From Patescibacteria group bacterium (lineage in GTDB: Bacteria; Patescibacteriota; Microgenomatia; 2-02-FULL-39-11), in NCBI GenBank assembly GCA_023379265.1, contig JAMCUI010000013.1, forward strand, positions 11,576 through 75,575: 64,000 nucleotides of DNA. Reading direction: 5' to 3'. This document shows positions 37,762 through 46,982 of this stretch, one piece after another. Below the pieces are notes generated by a model that saw only the letters and a list, made by a program, of their open reading frames with translations, did not search any database and was not told the origin of the DNA. The translations under genes and the position numbers were made by a program. Numbering within the stretch: position 1 is the stretch's first letter; every line of letters begins with the position of its first letter.

Positions 37762-38898
37762 CTAGTTTTTTATGGAATAACTCTCGGATTTGTAAATAAT
37801 ATTTTTGGGTTTGATTACCACTTCGCGCGTACCCTTTTTTATATAACCAGCCACTATGCTTTCAAATTTGTTACTTTTTATAATATTTTGGGCTTTTTCC
37901 GTATCGCCTGCCGGCATAAAGAGAGCATAGTCCATACCCATATTAAAAGTCTGGTACATCTCATGATCCGACAAATGCAGATTATTCTTTATGAAAGAAA
38001 ATACACCTGTCGGTTTGAATATTTTCTCTACTATATAAGTAAATTTTTGTCTGGCCCGCATCAATTTTCTTAGGCCGTGGCCCGTGATGTTTACGATATA
38101 ATGTATATCGATATTGTGATTAAGCAAATCCTGTACCAGGTTCGCATAAATATTGGTAGGGGACAAAAGAGCTTCGCCAAAAGATAAACCATTATCCAAC
38201 CTGCTTTTGTATCCGCCGGTAAGTTTTCCTGCCAGTGACCTGGCCAAGGAAACTCCGTTGGCATTTATGCCGTTGCTTTTCAAAAAAAGTATCCTATCCC
38301 CTCCCTTTAATTTTCTTTCTGAAATTAGCCTTTCTTTAGGACTGATGATCCCTACGGCTGAACCGGCCAAATCGGCGGTATCAGGGAATATAATCCCTTT
38401 TAGAGTCGAAGTCTCTCCGCCGCCCCAGACGGCCCCTGCCAAATTACATGCATTTGTCCAACCGTTTATAAAATCAGTCATTTTTCTTTTATCGCAAATA
38501 AATTTGTTGTCACCAATAGCCCAATAGGCGTTTACCACAAGCGGTTTTGCCCCTACAGTAACGAGATCATTAATAAATGTAGCCACCGTATCTTGCGCAA
38601 TTACGTCATAGTATGTCTTTCCTGTATGCTTTCTCATTTCATCGGCTATTAGATTTTTGGTACCCAAGCACTCGGTCACCGAAGCCATAAAATACTTTCC
38701 CTGGTCCCAGACAAAGGCGGATTCTCCTCTAAATCCCTCCAACTCTTCAAAACCACACGATTTAAGGTTGTTGCCTGTCTTTTTAGCCTGGCTGAGTGCA
38801 TACCTTAAAACCGGGTCTTTAGTTGCGTAATTATCCCCTACTTGAGAATACGTTATTGTTTTATCTTTTACATGTGTTTTTTTCATTCTCTTAGCCAC
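37762..38898 (-). CDS. purM: AIR synthetase-related protein (probable PurM, divergent)
   Basis: PurM-like N and C domains: ECLGTKNLIA against DGVGTKL.LA, and GGGETSTLKG against GGETAEMPG. The pur operon context fits. Confidence 0.55.
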   Translation of the reverse strand: MAKRMKKTHVKDKTITYSQVGDNYATKDPVLRYALSQAKKTGNNLKSCGFEELEGFRGESAFVWDQGKYFMASVTECLGTKNLIADEMRKHTGKTYYDVIAQDTVATFINDLVTVGAKPLVVNAYWAIGDNKFICDKRKMTDFINGWTNACNLAGAVWGGGETSTLKGIIFPDTADLAGSAVGIISPKERLISERKLKGGDRILFLKSNGINANGVSLARSLAGKLTGGYKSRLDNGLSFGEALLSPTNIYANLVQDLLNHNIDIHYIVNITGHGLRKLMRARQKFTYIVEKIFKPTGVFSFIKNNLHLSDHEMYQTFNMGMDYALFMPAGDTEKAQNIIKSNKFESIVAGYIKKGTREVVIKPKNIIYKSESYSIKN

Positions 38899-39776
38899 TC
38901 CATACCTAAAAGATTGATAATCCCGTCAAAATTCGACAATACTTTTTTTATTCCTTTCTCAAACAGGATAATCGTATGGAATGAGAAAATCGGCAGATTA
39001 TGATCAAGACTGGTAATTCGCGGTTCAAAAGTAAAGGCACAGTTGTCGCTTATTTCGTATTTCTCCTGACGATTTATAAAAATTCTTGCCTCACTTATTG
39101 CTTTATTTATCTGATCAGGATTTCCCGAATTTACTTTGCTTGTTTCAGCTTTATCAGGATCCCTGTCGATAAAGGGGACAGTATGCCCAAAATCAAATCC
39201 GGTTTTATCTGTTTTTCCAACAACAAAACTAACCAAATTATGGTTTTTCAATGTCTTCTCGGAAAATACACACAATTCCTGGAAAGTCATTCCGGCTTTA
39301 ATACTGTCTATCAGTTCAGTATAGACCACATAACTTTTTCTGTAATGGTCTCTCATTTTAACCATTTCACCCAAATAATAAGTCATACCAAAATCGCCTA
39401 TAATTGGCAGGTTCTGGAACATCGTATACGGAGAAACAAATATGTAGCCGAATCCCTCATTTTGGAAAAAAACATCAGGCCTTGGCCAATACTTTTTATC
39501 CCGCAATGTCGGATAATTCAGTCGATTGTAGTCTTCTTCTTTGCAAAAAATAGAAGCGATACCACCAGGCGGCGGATCATACCAGCAATCAATAAAACCG
39601 CTTTTCCATTCTTTCTCCAATTCCTTATTCCACCTGTTCCTGAAATTCATTTCAGATATTTTTTCTTTTTTATTTACGATCTGCTGTAATGTCAAAAGAC
39701 ATGTATGAGCGGCGATATTCCTTATCTTAATACAGGCTTCAAGCCTGACTGCCTTATGGTCGTTATTTATTCCCAT
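38883..39776 (-). CDS. M24 (pita-bread fold) metallohydrolase-like protein of unknown role, embedded in the pur operon
   Basis: Metal-ligand-like blocks are colinear with the M24 family: IGDFGMTYYLGEMVKMRD, GFDFGHTVPFID, NCAFTFEPRI, SFHTIILFEKG. Start and stop overlap the neighbouring pur genes. Confidence 0.45.
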   Translation of the reverse strand: MGINNDHKAVRLEACIKIRNIAAHTCLLTLQQIVNKKEKISEMNFRNRWNKELEKEWKSGFIDCWYDPPPGGIASIFCKEEDYNRLNYPTLRDKKYWPRPDVFFQNEGFGYIFVSPYTMFQNLPIIGDFGMTYYLGEMVKMRDHYRKSYVVYTELIDSIKAGMTFQELCVFSEKTLKNHNLVSFVVGKTDKTGFDFGHTVPFIDRDPDKAETSKVNSGNPDQINKAISEARIFINRQEKYEISDNCAFTFEPRITSLDHNLPIFSFHTIILFEKGIKKVLSNFDGIINLLGMEWLRE

Positions 39777-41734
39777 AAACTCTCCTCTAATCCTTTCAGC
39801 CCGATATCTTTTCTATAATGCATCCCGGAAAAATGAATGACTTTTTTACCTATATTTCCGTAAGTAAGTTTCATAGCTTTTGCCAAATTACTACCTTTTC
39901 CCGTCACACCCAGGACTCTACCGGAATTTGTCAATATTTTACCCTTTTCCTCTTTTGTCCCTGAATGAAACACGGATAGATGATTATCCAAGTCCGCACT
40001 GTCCAAACCTTTGACTACATCACCTTTTCTGTACTTCCCTGGATATCCTTTTGAGGAAAGGACTACGCATACGGCTGCACCTTTTTGCCAGGCAAGTTTC
40101 AGGTTTTTCACCTTTTTCGCCAGTATTGCCTGGCATATTTCCATTAGGTCATTTTTCAGAAGCATCATAAGAGGCTGAGTTTCCGGATCGCCAAAACGGC
40201 AATTAAATTCCAAAACCTTTGGTCCTTCATCAGTCAAAATCAGGCCAGGATAAAGGATTCCTTCATAAAGGCAACCCTCTTTCCTTAATGCTTCAATTGT
40301 GGGTCTGACTATATCTTTTTCTATCCGTTTTAGCAGTTTTTTGTGCAAAAAGGGAACAGGAGCATAAGCGCCCATCCCCCCGGTATTTGGGCCCTTATCT
40401 TTATCATTGATCTTTTTATGGTCCTGTGAAGGAAGCAGAGAGACGAAATTGAAACCGTCTGTAACCACCATAAATGATATTTCCTGTCCACAAAGGTATT
40501 CCTCGACTAACACTCTTTTGCCTTCATCGCCGAATATTTTTCTTACCATAACATCCTTCAAAAAACTTTGCGCTTCCAGGCTGTTCTTGCAGACTGCAAC
40601 TCCCTTACCAAAACACTGCCCTTCTGCCTTTATAACCAATGGATATTTTTGCGTCTTCAAAAATTCTCTGGCGTATTTGTAATCATCAAAAATGGCGAAT
40701 TCCCCCGTGGGGATTTTATATTTCAGCATCAATTTCTTGGCAAATACTTTTGATCCTTCAATTGCAGCGGCGTTTTTTCTAGGACCGATAATTTTGAGGT
40801 CATTTTTTTGGAAAAGATCAGCAATTCCTGCTATTAGCGGTGCTTCAGGACCGACGAAGGTCAGGTCAATTTTCTCTTTCTTGGCAAATCTCAAAAGGCC
40901 ATCTATGTCACTTGAGGATATTTCAACATTTTGGGCAATCTTTTTGGTACCCGGATTACCGGGCGCACAAAATATTTTTGACACCTTTTTCGATTGCGAA
41001 AACCTCCAGGCAAGCGCGTGTTCCCTTCCCCCTGATCCAATAATAAGAATTTTCATTTTTCCATCATCTCCATTTTTGTCTCCAATTTTTCCTTCACAAA
41101 ATAAATTTATTGCTTTTGGCAGTATATTATGCTCTTCTTTTTTCATCCTTTCATAAAGCCTCCCAACAGTATCATCAGCCATTATTCTGACTTCGCTTCT
41201 TATGATAACCGGCCCCTGATCCACTTTCTCTGTTATGAAATGGACAGTTGATCCTGTAACAGGAAAATGGTGATCTATGGCGTATTGTACTGCTGCATCT
41301 GTATGCAGACCGCGTATGGCTTTTATCTTTTTGCCGTCCCTTAATGTTACGAAATCCTCATCCCCGTCGGGTAAAAGTCCGGGATGAAGGTTCATTATAC
41401 GGTTTGGGAAATATTTGATGAAATTTCCGGAAAGGATAAGCATCCACCCGGCCAAAACAATAAGATCTGGCTGGAATTTTTTCTTTACAAATTTGCCTAG
41501 ATCGTCATCATATTCATTTCTGCTTTTACCTTTTCTTTTATACTCACTCAAATCCCTTATGATTGTCTGTATTCCTGCCTTTTTGGCAATATTCAAGCCG
41601 AGAGCATCTTTTTTGTTTGAGACTACCACCACGATTTTCCCATTTCTGATTTTCTTTTTATGGATAGCCTCGATAATCGCGTCAAGATTGGAACCGGTGC
41701 CTTTATCAGAAATAAATACAGCAATTTTTTTCAT
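39767..41734 (-). CDS. purND: bifunctional GAR formyltransferase / GAR synthetase (PurN-PurD fusion)
   Basis: N-terminal roughly 215 aa is PurN (KIAVFISDKGTGSNL ... MNLHPGLLP ... GSTVHFITEKVDQGPVI). The C-terminus is PurD (MKILIIGSGGREHALAW ... ATP-grasp). Confidence 0.8.
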   Translation of the reverse strand: MKKIAVFISDKGTGSNLDAIIEAIHKKKIRNGKIVVVVSNKKDALGLNIAKKAGIQTIIRDLSEYKRKGKSRNEYDDDLGKFVKKKFQPDLIVLAGWMLILSGNFIKYFPNRIMNLHPGLLPDGDEDFVTLRDGKKIKAIRGLHTDAAVQYAIDHHFPVTGSTVHFITEKVDQGPVIIRSEVRIMADDTVGRLYERMKKEEHNILPKAINLFCEGKIGDKNGDDGKMKILIIGSGGREHALAWRFSQSKKVSKIFCAPGNPGTKKIAQNVEISSSDIDGLLRFAKKEKIDLTFVGPEAPLIAGIADLFQKNDLKIIGPRKNAAAIEGSKVFAKKLMLKYKIPTGEFAIFDDYKYAREFLKTQKYPLVIKAEGQCFGKGVAVCKNSLEAQSFLKDVMVRKIFGDEGKRVLVEEYLCGQEISFMVVTDGFNFVSLLPSQDHKKINDKDKGPNTGGMGAYAPVPFLHKKLLKRIEKDIVRPTIEALRKEGCLYEGILYPGLILTDEGPKVLEFNCRFGDPETQPLMMLLKNDLMEICQAILAKKVKNLKLAWQKGAAVCVVLSSKGYPGKYRKGDVVKGLDSADLDNHLSVFHSGTKEEKGKILTNSGRVLGVTGKGSNLAKAMKLTYGNIGKKVIHFSGMHYRKDIGLKGLEESLWE

Positions 41735-41815
41735 TCACTGACAAACCAACCTTCTCCTAAAGCAGAGATTGTCTTCTTCTGTAACAAAATCGGCATTCGC
41801 ATTGACGGTTCTTGT

Positions 41816-43156
41816 TTAACCTTCTCCTGGAACAGGAAATTTACTTGAGAATTTTTTTATTTCCTTACCCAGTGCCAATAGTCTCTTGTTTCCCCAAAGT
41901 TCTGCCTTAGTCTTTTTTATAAACATTGCCCTATCTTCCTTTTTTTCTGGTAAACGGAAATGGCCCACTTCCTTTACCACATCAACAATCCATTTACCAA
42001 TTTTTCTCATCTCTTTTTCTTTCATCTTCCGTGTAGTTAATATGGGCGTACCCAGACGGACGCCTGATGGGTACATCGGCGGGTTCTGGTCGTGCGGCAC
42101 TGTATTGTAATTGGCCACAATATTTGCCACTTCCAAAGCTTCAGCAACAATATTCCCTATCACCATTTGCGGCCTAAGATCGATAACTATAAGATGGCTA
42201 TCCGTTCCGTCAGTAGTCAGTTTCAAACCGTTTTCCTTCAATGTATCAGCCAATACTTTAGCGTTTGCGACAATCTGTTTGGCATACTTCTTAAATGAAG
42301 GAGTTGCTGCTTCCTTAAAACAAACCGCTATAGCCGCTGTCACGTTATCGTGTGGCCCGCCTGATAAACCCGGAAACACGGCCTTATCTATTTTTTTAGC
42401 CATTTCCGGATCACGTTTGAGACCCCTTTGTGTCACCATAAGTACCGCGCCTCTTGGACCCCTTATTGTCTTATGCGTGGTAAACATCACCACATCAGCG
42501 TATGGTGCAGGAGAAGGATACACTCCACCAGCTACCATCCCTGCTACATGCGCGATATCGGCTAAAAAGAATGCACCCACGCTATCAGCTATTTCCCGCC
42601 ATTTTTTCCAATCGAGGAAACGGGGATAAGCGGTGGTACCGATGGCAAGCATTTTTGGTTTTTCCTTCCTTGCTAATTTTGCGACCTTTTCCATATCTAT
42701 CCAGCCATCCGGCTCAACATCAAACTGCGTTGACCGGAAATATTTACCGGAAAACGTCACGTCAGGATGTCCATGAGTCAAATGTCCTCCTCCGGAAAGT
42801 TTTAAGCCCATGATTTTATCTCCGGGATTAAGGAGTGCAAAATATACTGCCGAGTTGGCCGGTGAACCTGAATACGGCTGGACATTGGCATGCGGAACAT
42901 TGAATAGTTTCTGGCAGCGAAGCCTTGCTAATGTCTCTATCTCATCGATATATCTATTTCCCTGATAATACCGCCGTGAAGAATATCCTTCGGAATATTT
43001 ATTTGTTAAGACTGAGCCAAGCGCTTCACGTACGGCAAGGGAAGTATAATTTTCTGATGGAATCATTTCCAAAACATCTTTTTGCCTTTGATCTTCTTTT
43101 TTTATCCAACCTGCTATTTCCGGATCTTCTTTAGTTAAATTTTTTAAGCTTATCAT
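41816..43156 (-). CDS. glyA: serine hydroxymethyltransferase
   Basis: HLTHGHP block and PLP-lysine region TTHKTIRGPRGA. Confidence 0.9.
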   Translation of the reverse strand: MISLKNLTKEDPEIAGWIKKEDQRQKDVLEMIPSENYTSLAVREALGSVLTNKYSEGYSSRRYYQGNRYIDEIETLARLRCQKLFNVPHANVQPYSGSPANSAVYFALLNPGDKIMGLKLSGGGHLTHGHPDVTFSGKYFRSTQFDVEPDGWIDMEKVAKLARKEKPKMLAIGTTAYPRFLDWKKWREIADSVGAFFLADIAHVAGMVAGGVYPSPAPYADVVMFTTHKTIRGPRGAVLMVTQRGLKRDPEMAKKIDKAVFPGLSGGPHDNVTAAIAVCFKEAATPSFKKYAKQIVANAKVLADTLKENGLKLTTDGTDSHLIVIDLRPQMVIGNIVAEALEVANIVANYNTVPHDQNPPMYPSGVRLGTPILTTRKMKEKEMRKIGKWIVDVVKEVGHFRLPEKKEDRAMFIKKTKAELWGNKRLLALGKEIKKFSSKFPVPGEG

Positions 43157-43291
43157 ATTATCTCCTTAAATTGTTTAATACAATAACTTTATAACTTTCC
43201 AAGCCTTCAAACTTTATGAACTTTTAAACTGATTATTATGTCAGATCATATATGAAAGCGTTTTTCCTTATATCAGGAAAAACGTCCTCTT
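43157..43291 (-). terminator. weak hairpin after purF (CGTTTTTCC-N8-GGAAAAACG followed by a U-rich tail)
   Basis: 9-bp inverted repeat at about 43245-43271. AT-rich stem with an imperfect T-run. Low confidence. Confidence 0.25.
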
Positions 43292-44710
43292 CTAACAATT
43301 ACTCTCAAAAACATTTTTCCTGAAATTTGTATTGACTTTTACTGGATATTCTCCGCTAAAACAGGCGTGACAAAGGTTATTCTTATCTTGCCGGGAAGCT
43401 TCAATCAGTCCCGAAAGACTCAAATAGTGCAAAGAGTCTGCCCCGATATACTTTTTTATCTGTGAGACTGTTTTGCCGTTGGCAATAAACTGTTTCTTAT
43501 CCGGAGTATCGACACCATAATAACACGGCCAGCGTATCGGCGGAGAGGTAATACGTAAATGTATTTCGGCAATACCGCATTTTCTTAACACCTCTACAAT
43601 TTTCTTCATCGTCGTCCCCCTGACAATTGAATCATCAACTATCACTATTCGTTTTCCTTCAATAATTTTTCTCATAGGGTTGAATTTTATTTTTACCCCC
43701 TGTTCCCTTATGTGCTGTTCAGGCTGGATGAATGTCCTGCCTATATATCGGTTTTTTATTAACACTTCCCCAAATGGTATGCCAAGAGCCCTAGCAAAAC
43801 CTATTGCAGCTGAAGTACCCGAATCAGGTACAGCCGCTACCAAATCCGCCTTGACGGGTGCCTCTTTGGCCAGTATCTGCCCACTTCGTGTTCTGACCTC
43901 GTGGACCAATTGCTGATTAAAAATACTGTCAGGACGAGCCAAATATACATATTCGAAAAGGCAGAATTTTCTGTTTGGTTTTGCTATATAGCCCAACACT
44001 CTGAATCCCTTTTTCCCCACCTCAATTACTTCTCCTGGGTTCACATCCCTTATATATCGCGCCCCAATAGTTTCCAGAGCGCATGTTTCTGATGCTACTG
44101 CATAATAGCCATTCAGGCGGCCGATAACAAGAGGTCTTATACCCCATGGATCACGAAAAGCATAAAGTCTTTTTTTAGAACAGGCGACTATCGAATAAGC
44201 CCCTTGAAATAGCGGCGCGGCGTTCATAATTTTCTCTGACCATTTCATACCTTTTGCTTTGTTTATAGTATGCACCAAGACTTCAGTATCGCTTGTTGAA
44301 ATGCGCTTCTGATTTCCCAATTTTTTGGAAAGTTCAAGAGCGTTTACTATATTGCCATTGTGGGAAGCCGCAAAGACTTTGCCCCTGCTGGAAATGATCA
44401 CAGGTTGTATATTGTTTTTTGTATTCCCGCCGGTAGTAGAATATCTATTATGCCCGATGGCAATATAGCCCTTTAATTTATTAAGGTTATTCTCATTAAA
44501 AACTGAAGTGACTAACCCTAAATTTCGGATGCTTCTTAGCTTTCCGCCGTCAGATACGGCAATACCAGCACTCTCCTGTCCACGGTGCTGCAGACTGTGC
44601 AAGGCAAAATACGTAATCTTGGACACTTCTTCACCGGGAGCATAGATGCCGAAAACTCCGCAATGATCTTTAAGCGCCTCCTGCCTTTTCAGACTGAGAA
44701 TATCAATCAT
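43292..44710 (-). CDS. purF: amidophosphoribosyltransferase
   Basis: N-terminal CGVFGI Ntn-hydrolase start and a PRTase domain. Confidence 0.9.
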   Translation of the reverse strand: MIDILSLKRQEALKDHCGVFGIYAPGEEVSKITYFALHSLQHRGQESAGIAVSDGGKLRSIRNLGLVTSVFNENNLNKLKGYIAIGHNRYSTTGGNTKNNIQPVIISSRGKVFAASHNGNIVNALELSKKLGNQKRISTSDTEVLVHTINKAKGMKWSEKIMNAAPLFQGAYSIVACSKKRLYAFRDPWGIRPLVIGRLNGYYAVASETCALETIGARYIRDVNPGEVIEVGKKGFRVLGYIAKPNRKFCLFEYVYLARPDSIFNQQLVHEVRTRSGQILAKEAPVKADLVAAVPDSGTSAAIGFARALGIPFGEVLIKNRYIGRTFIQPEQHIREQGVKIKFNPMRKIIEGKRIVIVDDSIVRGTTMKKIVEVLRKCGIAEIHLRITSPPIRWPCYYGVDTPDKKQFIANGKTVSQIKKYIGADSLHYLSLSGLIEASRQDKNNLCHACFSGEYPVKVNTNFRKNVFESNC

Positions 44711-45165
44711 AAGCTCTTGTCCTCTGATATAACCTTATCCCTTAAACTTTTTTGATAATCTCTGATTTTATTTCTTAACCTGACATTAGTTGAAGCAAGT
44801 ATTTTAGCTGCAGCAACCGCTGCCTGTTCTGGCTCAAGCACTGTTACGGCGCCAACACCTGAAGGCATCCGTAGACTTGAGAGAATATCCATACCTGAAT
44901 ATTTATCGCTATAGGGGGGGCAATTTATAACCGGATGTGCCGTTTGTGCATCAACATAACCTCCAAGAGCATTTGACCGGCCGGCCACACAGATATAGAC
45001 TACATCTTCTTTTTCATATTTTTTTACGATACCCGAAAGGTATTCCGGAGTCTTATGTGCCGATCCTATTCTGATTTTGTTTTCAACTTCCAGCCCTTTC
45101 AAACTTTGGGAAATTTTCTCTCCCCAAGGCAAATCAGATTTTGACCCCAAAATAATTACAACCAT
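44707..45165 (-). CDS. purE: PurE (N5-CAIR mutase / AIR carboxylase catalytic subunit)
   Basis: VVIILGSKSDLP ... AGRSNALGGYV is the canonical PurE fold. No purK in the window. Confidence 0.85.
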   Translation of the reverse strand: MVVIILGSKSDLPWGEKISQSLKGLEVENKIRIGSAHKTPEYLSGIVKKYEKEDVVYICVAGRSNALGGYVDAQTAHPVINCPPYSDKYSGMDILSSLRMPSGVGAVTVLEPEQAAVAAAKILASTNVRLRNKIRDYQKSLRDKVISEDKSL

Positions 45166-45178
45166 ATTATTTCTCCTT

Positions 45179-46177
45179 TCACGAAAAATATTTTTTTATA
45201 CTTAATGCAATTTCTTTCACAAGCGGGTATTTACCAGCGATAAATTTCCTGCCGGTAATCATTTCGTAAATTTTTATATATCTTTCTGAAGTTGCAATTT
45301 GCAGCTCTTTTGACATGTTCGGTGGTTCCCCATCTCCACGGTAATTCTTTTTAGCGTACCAAAGCCTCAAAAATTCCTTATCAAAGTTCTCAGGTTCCAA
45401 TCCTTTTGCGAATCTTTCTCTATAAGTATCGGCTTTCCAAAATCTTGAAGAGTCGGGTGTATGGATTTCATCAATCAACATAAGCTGTCCATTGTAATCG
45501 GCAAACTCATACTTGGTATCAACCAGAATTAAACCCTTCCTTTTGCAGATATCACTTCCCCTGGCAAAAAGTGCTAGAGCTGCTTTTTCCATTTTATGGT
45601 ATATATCCGGTTTCACCAGTTTGCGTGAAATTATCTCTTCTCTAGTCAACCTCTCGTCATGCGCACCATGCTCAGCTTTGGTAGTTGGGGTAATCACTGG
45701 TCTCTCAAGCTTTTGGTTTTTACTTAAACCATGGGGAAACTTTATCCCATAAATCACTCTTTCCCCGCTTTCATATGCTTTCCAGATTGAAGTTTTTGTT
45801 ACCCCTGAAATATAACCTCTAACAACCATCTCGACTGGATATGGCCTGGCGTTCTTGGCCACGGCGACATTAGGGTGGGGAACTGAAACCAAATGATTGG
45901 CTACAATATCCTTTGTCTTTTCAAACCAAAATTGGGAAAGCTGGTTTAACACCTGCCCTTTATAAGGGATGTATCCCAAAACCCTGTCGAAAGCGGAAAT
46001 TCTGTCGGTTGTAATAAGTATCCTGTAATCTCCAAATAAATATATATCCCGGACTTTACCCTGATGTTTATCGCCAAATCCTGATAGCTCTATTGTTCTT
46101 AGAAGATGTTTGATTGATTTCTGAATTGTATTCTTTTTCAGCATATTACTTCTCCTTTTTAAATTAATAATTGTCAA
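45179..46177 (-). CDS. purC: SAICAR synthetase (long form)
   Basis: GKVRDIYLFGDYRILITTDRISAFD block. 332 aa. Confidence 0.85.
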   Translation of the reverse strand: MTIINLKRRSNMLKKNTIQKSIKHLLRTIELSGFGDKHQGKVRDIYLFGDYRILITTDRISAFDRVLGYIPYKGQVLNQLSQFWFEKTKDIVANHLVSVPHPNVAVAKNARPYPVEMVVRGYISGVTKTSIWKAYESGERVIYGIKFPHGLSKNQKLERPVITPTTKAEHGAHDERLTREEIISRKLVKPDIYHKMEKAALALFARGSDICKRKGLILVDTKYEFADYNGQLMLIDEIHTPDSSRFWKADTYRERFAKGLEPENFDKEFLRLWYAKKNYRGDGEPPNMSKELQIATSERYIKIYEMITGRKFIAGKYPLVKEIALSIKKYFS

Positions 46178-46180
46178 ATT

Positions 46181-46981
46181 TCAATGAAGAAAATAGTTAA
46201 CCGCATTCCTAAAAATCTGTGCACTATCAGAGTATAAGGGAAACTTCTTCCCAAGACGTTTACATTTCTCCTTTATTACTCCCCAATCAGGACGCTGAAA
46301 AGCATAAATTCCCCGTTCTGGATGAGGCATCATGCCAAGTATCCTCCCGCTTTCGTCAATAATTCCTGCAATATCTTTCGTAGAGCCGTTGGGATTGGCA
46401 GCATAATCCAAGTATGTGCTCATTTTCCCTTTGGTATACACTAAGGCAATTAGCTTCCTTTGTCTTATTTTTTCCAAATTCTCAGGGGTTGCATAAAATT
46501 TGCCCTCGCCGTGTGCAATCGGCGCAGAAAAAGTATCCATACCGGCCAACCAGGGACTTTTTGCCGACACTTTCATGTCAACCCAGCGGCAAATAAGACG
46601 TGCCGTACGGTTGGGTAACAGTGCCGCCTGAACTTGACCATATCTTTTTTCCAATGCAGGAACCATCCCCAAATTCACCAATATTTGGAAACCGTTACAT
46701 ATGCCTATCACCAACTTATCCCCATTTATAAATTTCTGTATTCCGTCCCAAAGATGGTTTTTCAACTTATGTGCATATGCGTTGCCTGCACCTGTATCAT
46801 CCCCGTAAGAAAAACCTCCGGGTAAAGCCAATATTTGGTATTTTCCCAATGCGCAGTAGCCATCGATAAGGTCATTTATATGAACAATATCAGCCTTTGC
46901 ACCGAAAAGTTCGAAGCAGTATTTTGTTTCTTCTTCCGAATGGATACCGTAACCTGAAAAAACTAAAACTTTCGGTTTCAT
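46181..46981 (-). CDS. purQ: FGAM synthase glutaminase subunit PurQ
   Basis: Class I GATase of 266 aa immediately downstream of purL. Confidence 0.8.
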   Translation of the reverse strand: MKPKVLVFSGYGIHSEEETKYCFELFGAKADIVHINDLIDGYCALGKYQILALPGGFSYGDDTGAGNAYAHKLKNHLWDGIQKFINGDKLVIGICNGFQILVNLGMVPALEKRYGQVQAALLPNRTARLICRWVDMKVSAKSPWLAGMDTFSAPIAHGEGKFYATPENLEKIRQRKLIALVYTKGKMSTYLDYAANPNGSTKDIAGIIDESGRILGMMPHPERGIYAFQRPDWGVIKEKCKRLGKKFPLYSDSAQIFRNAVNYFLH

Positions 46982-46982
46982 A

